From assembly GCA_951406725.2 (NCBI GenBank), contig OX597820.1, forward strand, positions 56,296,001 through 56,360,000: a stretch of 64,000 nucleotides of DNA, written 5' to 3'. This document shows, piece by piece, positions 12,277 to 23,024 of the stretch (positions are counted from its first letter, which is position 1; each line of letters begins with the position of its first letter). Source of the DNA: Octopus vulgaris (taxonomy: Eukaryota). The position numbers and the translations under genes are program-made. Below the pieces are notes generated by a model, which did not search any database, was not told the origin of the DNA, and was given only the letters and a program-made list of their open reading frames with translations.

Positions 12277-14985
12277 TTAAGTATCATTTATATGTAAGAT
12301 AAGTATGACGCCGCCAATGGGGACATCGAAAAGCCCGTTTACCAAACGGCCTCTGGCGAACAATATGTGGAAAAGCTCAGAGTTACAAAGATTACACCTC
12401 CTTCTGCCCCTATCAAACGGGAGGGCCACCGACAAAATCGACCATTCCAGCCTAAAAACTGAATTCGCGTTCTTCAAACGCCAGATAAGTTTGCTAAGTC
12501 CTGTAGCTTGGTATTTATTAACGTCGCGAAAAGTTGCGAAATGGTTCGATATTCTCAAGGCCAATTTTGACGATGAGGCCCCGACATACGAGTAGACATC
12601 TGAATCCGTGTAAACATTGCATTGGTAAATGGCATTTCTGATCTTGGAGTTACTAGACAAGAACCTTATTCTATTGGGATTAGCTTCTGATATTAATACT
12701 GCGTTTCTGTTACTATATTGACTGTGAAAACTGCGGCCGCCTACTACATTATACTCCTCATTATCACTATTAATTAACGAACTATCCCCTGTGTATTCCC
12801 TATCAGTGAGAATGCTGTAATTGCTAGTATCCGTGGACCTGCTATTGCCGGAAACGATGCTAAAGTTGCTATTAGGACTCTCTACATTAATGACCCGGAC
12901 TGCGCTCACCTCCCTATTACCATTACTAACGTTATTAACATCACCATTTCTTCTATCGCTAATCCTATTATTTACTCCCTGGTTGGTACTGAGATTACCA
13001 GTCACTGTACTGGCTCTTTTATCATTATTACTACTATTATTATTCCTACTGCGCGTTAAACTGGAATTAGACGGAGCTGCGCCTCCGGACAATGGTGGTA
13101 GGGGCTTAATAAGCAGCCTATTATTATGGGAGGCGATTATCTGGGATAGGTTTTTTGTGTTGGAGAAAGCTATCCTAACTTTATGTGAATTAACCGTGGA
13201 GTAATATTTGGAATTTCTGGGGAAGTTACTGGCAATGGCTTGGCGAAACAGGAGGGGAAGATTAGTTCTAATCTGCTTACCAAAGGGAATTACAAACCAG
13301 ATATGTTTATTCCTATTTTTGTGATGGGTCGGGTAGCCAGCTCTGACATTAGGGTGGGTGATTCTAGGTTGAATAAAAGGTTTTGGTTTAGTATGACCTC
13401 CTCCGGACCGTAAATTATCTATGTTCCCTAAATTAAATCCAGAAGTACCTGCTCCAACACTCCCCCCGCTCCCATCACTACTTAAATTATTTATGTTATT
13501 ATAGACGGCCCTATCCTGATGACCGAATGGTGGCATCGGAAGGGCTGGATCAATATATACTACCTTCTGCCTATAACCCGCTTTGGATAGTGCGGCGTTA
13601 TAAAATTCCGCTTTCTGCATAAAGATGTTGACACTAGCGGACAAGTTAGACAATCTTAGAGAGATGTTTTTAACCAAATTGTCTGTTACAGTTTTGGCAT
13701 GATTGGAGAAGACACTGACATACTTTAAATTAGTGGAAGGCTTATGGTAAGGGCAGTATGAATCACTATGGAGGTTTAGTGTGACGTCTAGGAAATTAGC
13801 CTTAGTGAGTTCATTATCAAAAACTATATTCATGCCCATTCTATTAAAGAACCTAGCTAACCTATTTTTAGTTTTCTGTACGATTCTGTTCGTGGTGTTT
13901 TGCAGGTAAAACAGACAATCGTCACGATACAGGCCGCCCGCGATGTCCGGGAATTGGTTGGATAATTCGTAGAGAATATAGATTCCGACCAAATCGGCTA
14001 TCTGCGCGCTATCCGAACTACCCATAGGCACATCGAATTCGTTGGGAGTATCTTTACGAATCCACAACTTATTTTCAAACTTTATAAATGATTTTCTGGC
14101 AACTAAAATAATATCAATTTCTTCTCTAGTGAGGCCTGCCTTGTTGTGAGCATGCCACAGGGCCTTATTTAGTACACTAGGGTTAATCGAGGGGTAGAAG
14201 CTGGCGATATCAAACTGAATAAACCTAGTACGGTTCTTATTAGGGATGGAAGAGAACCACTTCACGACCTGCGAGGAGTTAGCCCAGAGGTTAAGCTTCA
14301 GCTTATTTACTAAACTAGGGATATATTTATCTAAAATATACTTACTGATGGTCCCGATATCGGAACTAGCAGGGCATATGAGTCTTAACGCTGGGTTGGT
14401 GTAGAAATTCGGTTTGTGGTCCTTCACTATGAATCTAGGTTGTTTAGGGCTAAGCGGCTGCGTTCTCATTTGAATTCCGTATTTAAAAATTATTTCCTTA
14501 ATCTCCAAGTTTACTTTTCTCAGTGTGTTCCAATTAGTTGTTCTATAATTCTTCTTGATCTCTTTTCCAAGTAAATCTAGGTACTGTCTAATGGGTAACT
14601 TATATGTGTTCCTTGTCTTGTCAGACTGGACCAAGATTCCATCCGATCTATTAATATCCTTGGTAATTTTATCTAGGTATCTGAGGTGATCATTTCTCCT
14701 GGGTGACTTCCTGAACTTAATCTTCCTTACGATGTCCCATAAGTCGTCCTCAAACTTCTTCAGTCTTGGGTTAGGTGGCGGTGTATCCATCGACTTAAAA
14801 AGCCCACAATATTCGGACGATGCTGCTGCCCGGTTCAATTTTAGATCCTCGTTCTCGTGGAAGAAAACAAGCCATCTAATCCGGTTTATGAAAGCGTTAG
14901 TTTTGCAAACCAATTCCTTAAGGAAGGCATCCTTCGGTGGTATAGGAATATCCTTAAGGGACGCATCAATCTCGAACAACTCCAT
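12277..14985 (-). CDS. Penelope-like element protein: reverse transcriptase + C-terminal GIY-YIG endonuclease (902 aa)
   Basis: N-terminal SLKDIPIP...FINRIRW; RT motifs VQSDKTRN, VKDHKPNF, FDIASFYPSI, VPMGSSDSAQIADLVG, GLYRDD, NFLDVTL; GIY-YIG-like AIYQC..SYVG...R..NH; CNLC..E motif. Confidence 0.93.
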   Translation of the reverse strand: MELFEIDASLKDIPIPPKDAFLKELVCKTNAFINRIRWLVFFHENEDLKLNRAAASSEYCGLFKSMDTPPPNPRLKKFEDDLWDIVRKIKFRKSPRRNDHLRYLDKITKDINRSDGILVQSDKTRNTYKLPIRQYLDLLGKEIKKNYRTTNWNTLRKVNLEIKEIIFKYGIQMRTQPLSPKQPRFIVKDHKPNFYTNPALRLICPASSDIGTISKYILDKYIPSLVNKLKLNLWANSSQVVKWFSSIPNKNRTRFIQFDIASFYPSINPSVLNKALWHAHNKAGLTREEIDIILVARKSFIKFENKLWIRKDTPNEFDVPMGSSDSAQIADLVGIYILYELSNQFPDIAGGLYRDDCLFYLQNTTNRIVQKTKNRLARFFNRMGMNIVFDNELTKANFLDVTLNLHSDSYCPYHKPSTNLKYVSVFSNHAKTVTDNLVKNISLRLSNLSASVNIFMQKAEFYNAALSKAGYRQKVVYIDPALPMPPFGHQDRAVYNNINNLSSDGSGGSVGAGTSGFNLGNIDNLRSGGGHTKPKPFIQPRITHPNVRAGYPTHHKNRNKHIWFVIPFGKQIRTNLPLLFRQAIASNFPRNSKYYSTVNSHKVRIAFSNTKNLSQIIASHNNRLLIKPLPPLSGGAAPSNSSLTRSRNNNSSNNDKRASTVTGNLSTNQGVNNRISDRRNGDVNNVSNGNREVSAVRVINVESPNSNFSIVSGNSRSTDTSNYSILTDREYTGDSSLINSDNEEYNVVGGRSFHSQYSNRNAVLISEANPNRIRFLSSNSKIRNAIYQCNVYTDSDVYSYVGASSSKLALRISNHFATFRDVNKYQATGLSKLIWRLKNANSVFRLEWSILSVALPFDRGRRRCNLCNSELFHILFARGRLVNGLFDVPIGGVILILHINDT

Positions 14986-15227
14986 TATCGGTATCGGTTA
15001 ATGTAGCAGTTTCTTGGCGAAGCGGTATGTGTTTGTTGAAATGGAAAGATGAATTTTCTTGTTACAGATTATTCAAAAGTTTAACCGATACCTGGGTAGC
15101 AAAAATCACAGCAGAAAAAACACGGTTGGAGATAAGACCATATGGTGTTGCAACCGTGCGTTGGTGCGGATAATTGAAGTTTAATATAATTAGTGAATGG
15201 AAGAAATGGAGTTGAACGAAGATTGTA

Positions 15228-15340
15228 CACAATTCCTTTTATTACATTCTACACATGTTTCAAAGGCCACAATTTTCCAAATTCTGATTAAATAAGTATA
15301 CCATATTGCAGCTTTCTCTTCAGGAAAAACCAGGAATTAC
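15228..15340 (-). ncRNA. Type I hammerhead ribozyme in the 5' pseudo-LTR
   Basis: Same fold as the 3' copy, offset by 3683 nt; predicted cut at 15250. Confidence 0.8.
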
Positions 15341-15385
15341 GTTGTCAGAACAAAACAAAACAGAGGCGCAGCAAAATATATATAT

Positions 15386-16385
15386 ATCATATAATTAAGG
15401 GCTAAAGAGGGTTATTCTAAAGCCAATACACTGATTTATCCACTTATAATCCGCTTGCTACAGGAAAATTGAAACTGAAAACGGGCAACTAACCTTTAGA
15501 AAATTTAAATTTCGTTATCTCTATATTGAATCAATTTCGGAATTAATCTTATAAAAGATATATTCTTTCTTCAGTAGAGCTTTCGATGGTATATAAATAA
15601 AATACTCACGTATGATCATAGAAAAAGCACAAGCTAAAAACATAACTACACTTGAGTACATCACTTATATCTAAAAATAAAAATTCTTTGGTCAGCCTCA
15701 GAAACAACGTCTTGACCTTTCGCCGCTACAAATTGTAATGGTTACCGGTCCTCCCGTAGCAAGCAGCGAGTTTACTACTAACAATATAGGATGAAGTCCC
15801 TTTCTCTACAGAAAAGGAATCCATCAGGAAGCGTGGGCAGTATATTAAAAAAACCGTTACGGTTGAAGTATAAACATCATATAATTAAGGGCTAAAGAGG
15901 GTTATTCTAAAGCCAATACACTGATTTATCCACTTATAATCCGCTTGCGAAAGGTCAAGACGTTGTTTCTGAGGCTGACCAAAGAATTTTTATTTTTAGA
16001 TATAAGTGATGTACTCAAGTGTAGTTATGTTTTTAACTTGTGCTTTTTCTATGATCATACGTGAGTATTTTATTTATATCCCATCGAAAGCTCTACTGAC
16101 GAAAGAATATATCTTTTATAAGATTAATTCCGAAATTGATTCAATATAGAGATAACGAAATTTTAATTTTCTAAAGGTTAGTTGCCCGTTTTCAGTTTCA
16201 ATTCTCCTGTAGCAAGCGGATTATAAGTGGATAAATCAGTGTATTGGCTTTAGAATAACCCTCTTTAGCCCTTAATTATATGATGTTTATACTTCAACCG
16301 TAACGGGTTTTTTTTAATATACTGCCCACGCTTCCTGATGGATTCCTTTTCTGTAGAGAAAGGGACTTCATCCTATATTGTTAGT
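15386..16385. repeat. 490-bp unit present as ~1.15 tandem copies (15386-15948) plus an inverted, differently permuted copy (15947-16385)
   Basis: catataattaagggc occurs at 15388 and 15878. 15947-16385 is the reverse complement of 15777-15877 joined to 15388-15723. Confidence 0.9.
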
Positions 16386-16876
16386 TATATATATATATAT
16401 ATGGTCAAATTGACCATTAAAACTAACAAATTTAAACAAGAGGACATACTTAAGCTTCTTACTACTCTGTGACACTGGCACCTATACTATTTTCCTTTTT
16501 TATTGTTTTTTTTTTAATTGTTCTTTGTTTTTTTATGGGTGCAGTCAAACATGAAAGATAATGGTGAAAGCACCATCCTGAATGTCCTTGAAGTAGCATG
16601 TGGAAATCTACTGGTCATTATAACTTGTAGTGGGTTAATAATAATTGTTCAACACTCAAGTGTTTTGTTTATGTCTTTTTTAGCCTTAAGAAAGGTCACT
16701 TCAACCTTCTAAGGATATTTGAACCATGTTGTATATGTATGATTGTTAAGCCAAGTATGAGTAAAAAATGTGGTATGTGGAAGTGCTTGCTGTTCATAAA
16801 TAGAATTTCATGTGGAGATTTTTTTGTTTGTTTACTAACTGTGAGGTGTTAATAAAGATAACAGTTAATAAGAGAC

Positions 16877-17245
16877 CAGAGCTGGATTAACCATTAACCA
16901 AAATAAACATGTGCTTGGGGCTTCAAGGGAATGAGCAACACCACAGAAATGCTAAATGGTTTATGACACAAAAGAAATCACTTTAAACTTGCTAAAATAA
17001 TACTGACTGTTGTTTATATGTGTTCATGGTGTCATAGTTTGGAACTGATCAAAGACTTCAATTCAAAAAAGTAGGAGGAAACTTTTCAGATGTGGCTGTG
17101 TGTTAAGTAGCTTGCTTACCAACCACATGGTTCCAGGTTCAGTCCCACTGCATGGCATCTTGGCCAAGTGTCTTCTACTATAGCCTAGGGCCAACCAAAG
17201 CCTTGTGAGTATATTTGGTAGATGGAAACTGAAGGAAGGCCGCCC

Positions 17246-17278
<33 letters not shown>

Positions 17279-17693
17279 GTGTGTATATGTTTGTGCATCT
17301 GTGTTTGTCCTCCCAACATTGTTTGACAACCAATGCTGATGTGTTTACGTCCCCGTAACTTAGTGGTTCAGCAAAAGAGACTGATAGAATAAGTACTATA
17401 CTAGGCTTATAAAGTATAAGCCCTGGGGTTGATTTGCTCGACTGAAGGTGGTGCTCCAGCATGGCCACAGTCAAATAGCTGAAACAAGTAAAAGAGTAAA
17501 AGAGTAAAGAGAGTGGAAGTATACAAAATTAAACATTAATTTCCACTTTGCTGTTAGTTTTGTTTCAATTCGGAAAATAAAAGTTTATTTTATGGTTTAT
17601 TATTGTTTATACTTTGAATTACATATGTATATATATGGGAGCACTAAAATTCTTTAGGTGCATAAGCCCTCCACAGGTCTTAATCTAGCCTTA
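16877..17693. mobile_element. hAT-like MITE with nested SINE A (duplicate copy 21098-21999)
   Basis: Imperfect TIRs cagagctggattaa / ttaatctagcctta; 8-bp TSD taagagac at 16869-16876 and 17694-17701. Confidence 0.75.
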
Positions 17694-18890
17694 TAAGAGA
17701 CTGATTGCATCTAAACGATGCTTCTCTTTCATTCAACTTTGGTGAATGTAGCTTTGACCAAGAGAAATTGATGTCATCAGACACTGTCCAACAATCTCTG
17801 GGTGTTTTGACCCTGAACTATAACACCCTCCCAAAAGCAAGTCAGCATTGGTGGCCAAATCACTGCTGATCATATCCTCCTGACTTCCATTTTAACCCCT
17901 CTCTCTTGCTCCATAACCAACCAGGAGCTCTTTCTGCTCTCTCCCTCTCTCATCTTGTGCATAGCAGCCTTTCTCTCTCTTCTTTTTATTCTAGTGGTTG
18001 TTGTATAAAACATATTTTGGGGAGTGGAGAGGAGTTTCAGAAAATTTATAAAAGTGAACTTTGTTTCCTCATAATTTTCTGAAAAATTGGTATTTTTAAA
18101 TGAAAATTTTGACGAATACCTTCAGAGCGTGCAGATTACGAGTATTCTGGAATTTGATATGAACATAAAAATTGGTGGAATAGCATGCATACATACTGAC
18201 ACACACTGCACATTTTTTTTTATAAACATTTATTTCAAAATAGATTCTGATATAAACAGGTATTACATGATGATGATGATGATATGTAAAGGTAAGTTAT
18301 TTTCTACAGAGATAAATAAACTCAGAGTATAAACTGATCATATCCCATTTCTCCACTTTTGTTTGTTCAATCTATTTACCATTTTCTATTCCCTTCCTCC
18401 TACACATAAACAAAATTCACATACAGAGATAAAATTTTGCCTTGCAACTATGGTTTTCTTTTGAGGAATTAGTTTTTTTACAACTAAACTTTAGCATAAA
18501 CAGTCCTGTCACTATTAATATCATATGTTATAATTGTCGTTATAACATCTACTTTTCCATGCTTGCATGGGTCAGATGAGATTATTTTTAATTGGGTTGA
18601 GCTTTCTGTAGTCAGATGCTCTTAATAAAACTGATAGCTACAGGTAACATTCTCACTTTCCTTCACACTACTCTTTTACTCTTTTACTTGTTTCAGTTAT
18701 TTGACTGCAGCCATGATGGAGCAGTGCCTTTAGTTGAGCAAATTGACCCCAGGACTTATTCTTTGTAAGCCTAGTACTTATTCTATCGGTCTCTTTTGTT
18801 GAACTGCTAAGTTACGGGGACGTAAACACACCAGCACTGGTTATCAAGCAATGTTGCGGGGACAAACACAAACATATACACACACATACT

Positions 18891-18929
<39 letters not shown>

Positions 18930-20007
18930 CTTTACTACCACAAGGGGCTAAACACAGAGGGGACAAACAAGGACAGACAAATGGATTAAGTCGATTATAT
19001 CAACCCCAGTGCGTAACTGGTACTTAATTTATCGACCCCGAAAGGATGAAAGGCAAAGTCGACCTCGGCGGAATTTGAACCCAGAACGTAATGGCAGACG
19101 AAATACGGCTACGCATTTCGCCCTGCGTGCTAAAGTTTCTGCCGGAGAAACAATTTAGTTGGTTCATCAGCTTTCGGGTATTAACCAACTAAATTGTTTC
19201 TCCATTTTCTTATTTGTATTATAAATTAATGGTAAAATATTTCTTTACCTTCACCCGTTTAATACAATAAATAAGTTAATTGCATTGCAATTAAAAACAT
19301 TTGTGTATTAAGAATTTGGGTATTATACCAACAGTATATTGGATAAATATTATCCCTTAGTGGGTTGGATCTATAACCCCTAACTTACTTGGTGTTATAT
19401 ATATACAACAGGCTTCTTTCAGTTTCCGTCTACCAAATCCACTCACAAGGCTTTGGTCAGCCTGAGGCTATAGTAGAAGACACTTGCCCAAGGTACCGTG
19501 CAGTGGGACTGAACCCGGAACCGTGTGGTTGGTAAGCAAGCTACTTACCACACATCCACTCCGAGAAAATAAAAACATAATAAAATTATATTGATTTCAA
19601 ATTTTGGAACAAAACCAGCAATTTTGGTGGGAATGGGGTATAAGTTGATTGAATTAACTCCAGTGTTCAACTGGTACTTATTTTATCAACCCCCAAAAAG
19701 ATAAAATTGACCCTAAGGGCATTTGAACCCAGAATGTAAAGATAGATGAAATGTCACCAGGCATTTTGCCCATCATGCTAACAATTCTGTCAGCTCGCTA
19801 CCGTACTCTTTACTCTTTTACTTGTTTCAGTCATTTGACTGTGGCCATGCTGGAGCACTACCTTTAGTCAAGCAAATCGACCCAGGACTTATTCTTTGTA
19901 AGCCTAGTTCTTATTCTATTGGTCTCTTTTGCCGAACTGCTAAGTTATGGGGAACCGCTAACCATCGGTTGTCAAGCAATGTTGGGGGGACAAACATAGA
20001 CACACAA

Positions 20008-20080
<73 letters not shown>

Positions 20081-20392
20081 CATATATATGATGGGCTTTT
20101 TTCAGTTTCCATCTACCAAATCCACTCACAAGGCTTTGGTTGGCCTGAGGCTATAGTAGAAGACACTTGCCTAAGCTGTCACACAGTGGGACTGAACCCA
20201 GAACCATTTGGTTGTTAAGCAAGTTATTTACCACACAGCCACTCTTACATTAATGATCCACGTATACATGAGCATGAGCAGAAAATTAGAAAAAAAGTTC
20301 TTCACCTAAAAATGACAAGATGTCAGTCACCTGAGACTCAAGCTGTGAAACTTTTAGTTTAAACAAATAAATTTTCTACAACAGAGAAAAGC

Positions 20393-20572
20393 ACCGAGGT
20401 CAACTTTGCCTTTCATCCTTTTGGGGTCAATAAATTAAGTACCAGTTGCATACTGGAGTCGATCTAATCAACTGGCCTCTCTCCTCCAAAATTCCAGGCC
20501 TTGTGCCTAGAGTAGAAAAGATTATTACTATTATTATAATTATTATTAATATTATCATTATTATTATTATTA

Positions 20573-20627
<55 letters not shown>

Positions 20628-21546
20628 GGTCACATTGACCATTAAAACTAACAAATAAAACAACAAGAGGACATACTCAAGCTTCTTACTACCCTGTCAC
20701 ACTGGCACCTATACTATTTTCTTTTTTTATTGTTTTTTTTTAATTGTTCTTTGTTTTTTTATGGGTGCAGTCAAACATGAAAGATAATGGTGAAGCACCA
20801 TCCTGAATGTCCTTGAAGTAGCATGTGGAAATCTACTGGTCATTATAACTTGTAGTGGGTTAATAATAATTGTTCAACACTCAAGTGTTTTGTTTATGTC
20901 TTTTTTAGCCTTAAGAAAGGTCACTTCAGCCTTCTAAGGATATTTGAACCATGTTGTATATGTATGATTGTTAAGCCAAGTATGAGTAAAAAATGTGGTA
21001 TGTGGAAGTGCTTGCTGTTCATAAATAGAACTTCATGTGGAGATTTTTTTGTTTGTTTACTGTGAGGTGTTAATAAAGATAACAGTTAATAAGAGACCAG
21101 AGCTGGATTAACCATTAACCAAAATAAACATGTGCTTGGGGCTTCAAGGGAATGAGCAACACCACAGAAATGCTAAATGGTTTATGACACAAAAGAAATC
21201 ACTTTAAACTTGCTAAAATAATACTGACTGTTGTTTATATGTGTTCATGGTGTCATAGTTTGGAACTGATCAAAGACTTCAATTCAAAAAAGTAGGAGGA
21301 AACTTTTCAGATGTGGCTGTGTGTTAAGTAGCTTGCTTACCAACCACATGGTTCCAGGTTCAGTCCCACTGCGTGGCATCTTGGCCAAGTGTCTTCTACT
21401 ATAGCCTAGGGCCAACCAAAGCCTTGTGAGTGGATTTGGTAGATGGAAACTGAAAGAAGGCCACCGTATATATATATATATAATACAATTGTTTGTTTGT
21501 TTTCCACCTGCCTTCGTCTTTTGTCTATTTTCATAAAGCTTCCCGT

Positions 21547-21583
<37 letters not shown>

Positions 21584-22197
21584 GTGTGTATATGTTTGTG
21601 CATCTGTGTTTGTCCTCCCAACATTGTTTGACAACCAATGCTGATGTGTTTACGTCCCCGTAACTTAGCGGTTCAGCAAAAGAGACTGATAGAATAAGTA
21701 CTATACTAGGCTTATAAAGCATAAGCCCTGGGGTTGATTTGCTCGACTGAAAGTGGTGCTCCAGCATGGCCACAGTCAAATAGCTGAAACAAGTAAAAGA
21801 GTAAAAGAGTAAAGAGAGTGGAAGTATACAAAATTAAACATTAATTTCCACTTTGCTGTTAGTTTTGTTTCAATTTGGAAAAATAAAAGTTTATTTTATG
21901 GTTTATTATTGTTTATACTTTGAATTACATATGTATATATATGGGAGCACTAAAATTTTTTAGGTGCATAAACCCTCCACAGGTCTTAATCTAGCCTTAT
22001 AAGAGACTGATTACATCTAAACGATGCTTCTCTTTCATTCAACTTTGGTGAATGTAGCTTTGACCAAGAGAAATTGATGTCATCAGACCCTGTCCAACAA
22101 TCTCTGGGTGTTTTGACCCTGAACTATTAACACCCTCCCAGTGGCAAGTCAGCATTGGTGGCCAAATCACAGCTCATCATCTCCTCCTGACTTCCAT
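20393..22197 (+). repeat. Local duplicate of approx. 11263-11500 + 16386-17890 (lacks the 4.9-kb insert), flanked by a ~217-bp direct repeat (20176-20392 / 22201-22417)
   Basis: Colinear, high-identity sequence readable by eye across SINE, hAT MITE and unique flanks. Confidence 0.92.
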
Positions 22198-22517
22198 CTA
22201 CTGTCATACAGTGGGACTGAACCCAGAACCATTTAGTTGTTAAGCAAGTTACTTACCATACAGCCACTACTACATTAATGATCCACGTATACATGAGCAT
22301 GAGCAGAAAATTAGAAAAAAGTTCTTCACCTAAAAATGACAAGCTGACAGTCACCTGAGACTCAAGCTGTGAAACTTTTAGTTTAAACAAATAAATTTTC
22401 TACAACAGAAAAAAGCATACTCAATACCCCTTCCCCCTCACACACATGTTCACCTAAAAATCTATTAATCAGAGAAAGCAGGCACTTGTATATCTGTCAA
22501 CAGATTGGGTTCATTAA

Positions 22518-22739
22518 CCCTTTAGCATTCAGATTATTCTATCAAATGTAATGCTTATTTATTCAAATGTTTTGTTTTAATCCTTCATTTTCTCAGAGCT
22601 TTGAAATTTTAAAGATGTCGTTGTCTATTTTCAAAATGACATTGTAGTATAGGTGTGAGAGGCCAGATATGACTGGTGGTTTTATCATAAAAAAGAAAGA
22701 ATATTTGGGCCTGATATGGCCAGTTTAAATGCTAAAGGG
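22518..22739. mobile_element. piggyBac-like MITE
   Basis: TTAA on both sides; TIRs ccctttagcatt / aatgctaaaggg. Confidence 0.85.
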
Positions 22740-22896
22740 TTAACATATACAATATTACAGATCCGTTACAGCCAATCTTACCTATCAGTTTTGTATCAAA
22801 TGCTAGATAAGTTGATTGTAATCTAATCTCAAGTTATATAACTGACTAGATGCCTACTATCCAGTGGAAAACCAATTGGTATGACAAGCTGTAATA

Positions 22897-22987
22897 TGCC
22901 CATGGGCATATGGAGTAGTGGTTAAGAGCACGGGTTACTAACCCCAAGATTCCGAGTTTGATTCCAAGCAGTGACCTGAACACTAAA

Positions 22988-23024
<37 letters not shown>

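Larger units (their letters stand above)
11501..15375 (-). mobile_element. Full-length EN+ Penelope-like retroelement (Hydra-clade-like) with pseudo-LTRs, inserted in (TA)n
   Basis: Single RT + GIY-YIG ORF; 192-bp direct terminal repeats 11501-11692 and 15184-15375 with 2 mismatches; flanked by TA repeats; absent from the paralogous site at approx. 20600-20627. Confidence 0.93.

Noticed and set aside
12821-13204. Leu-rich 127-aa ORF antisense to the Penelope linker (also 12305-12595 and 14732-15001)
   Set aside because: Expected antisense shadow of Asn/Ser-rich codons; no independent support.
11501-15375. LTR retrotransposon or selenoprotein-encoding Naiad interpretation
   Set aside because: No gag, protease, integrase, PBS or TG..CA ends; the endonuclease is C-terminal and there are no in-frame TGA codons.
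16084-16105. GAAAgctctaCTGACGA in the 490-bp unit as a hammerhead
   Set aside because: Only 6 nt lie between the core strands, so stems I and III cannot form; similar gaaagctct motifs are common in invertebrate DNA repeats.
22904-22975. Functional tRNA gene (likewise other SINE heads)
   Set aside because: Acceptor stem and T-loop are degenerate and there is no poly-T terminator; part of a TSD-flanked repeat.
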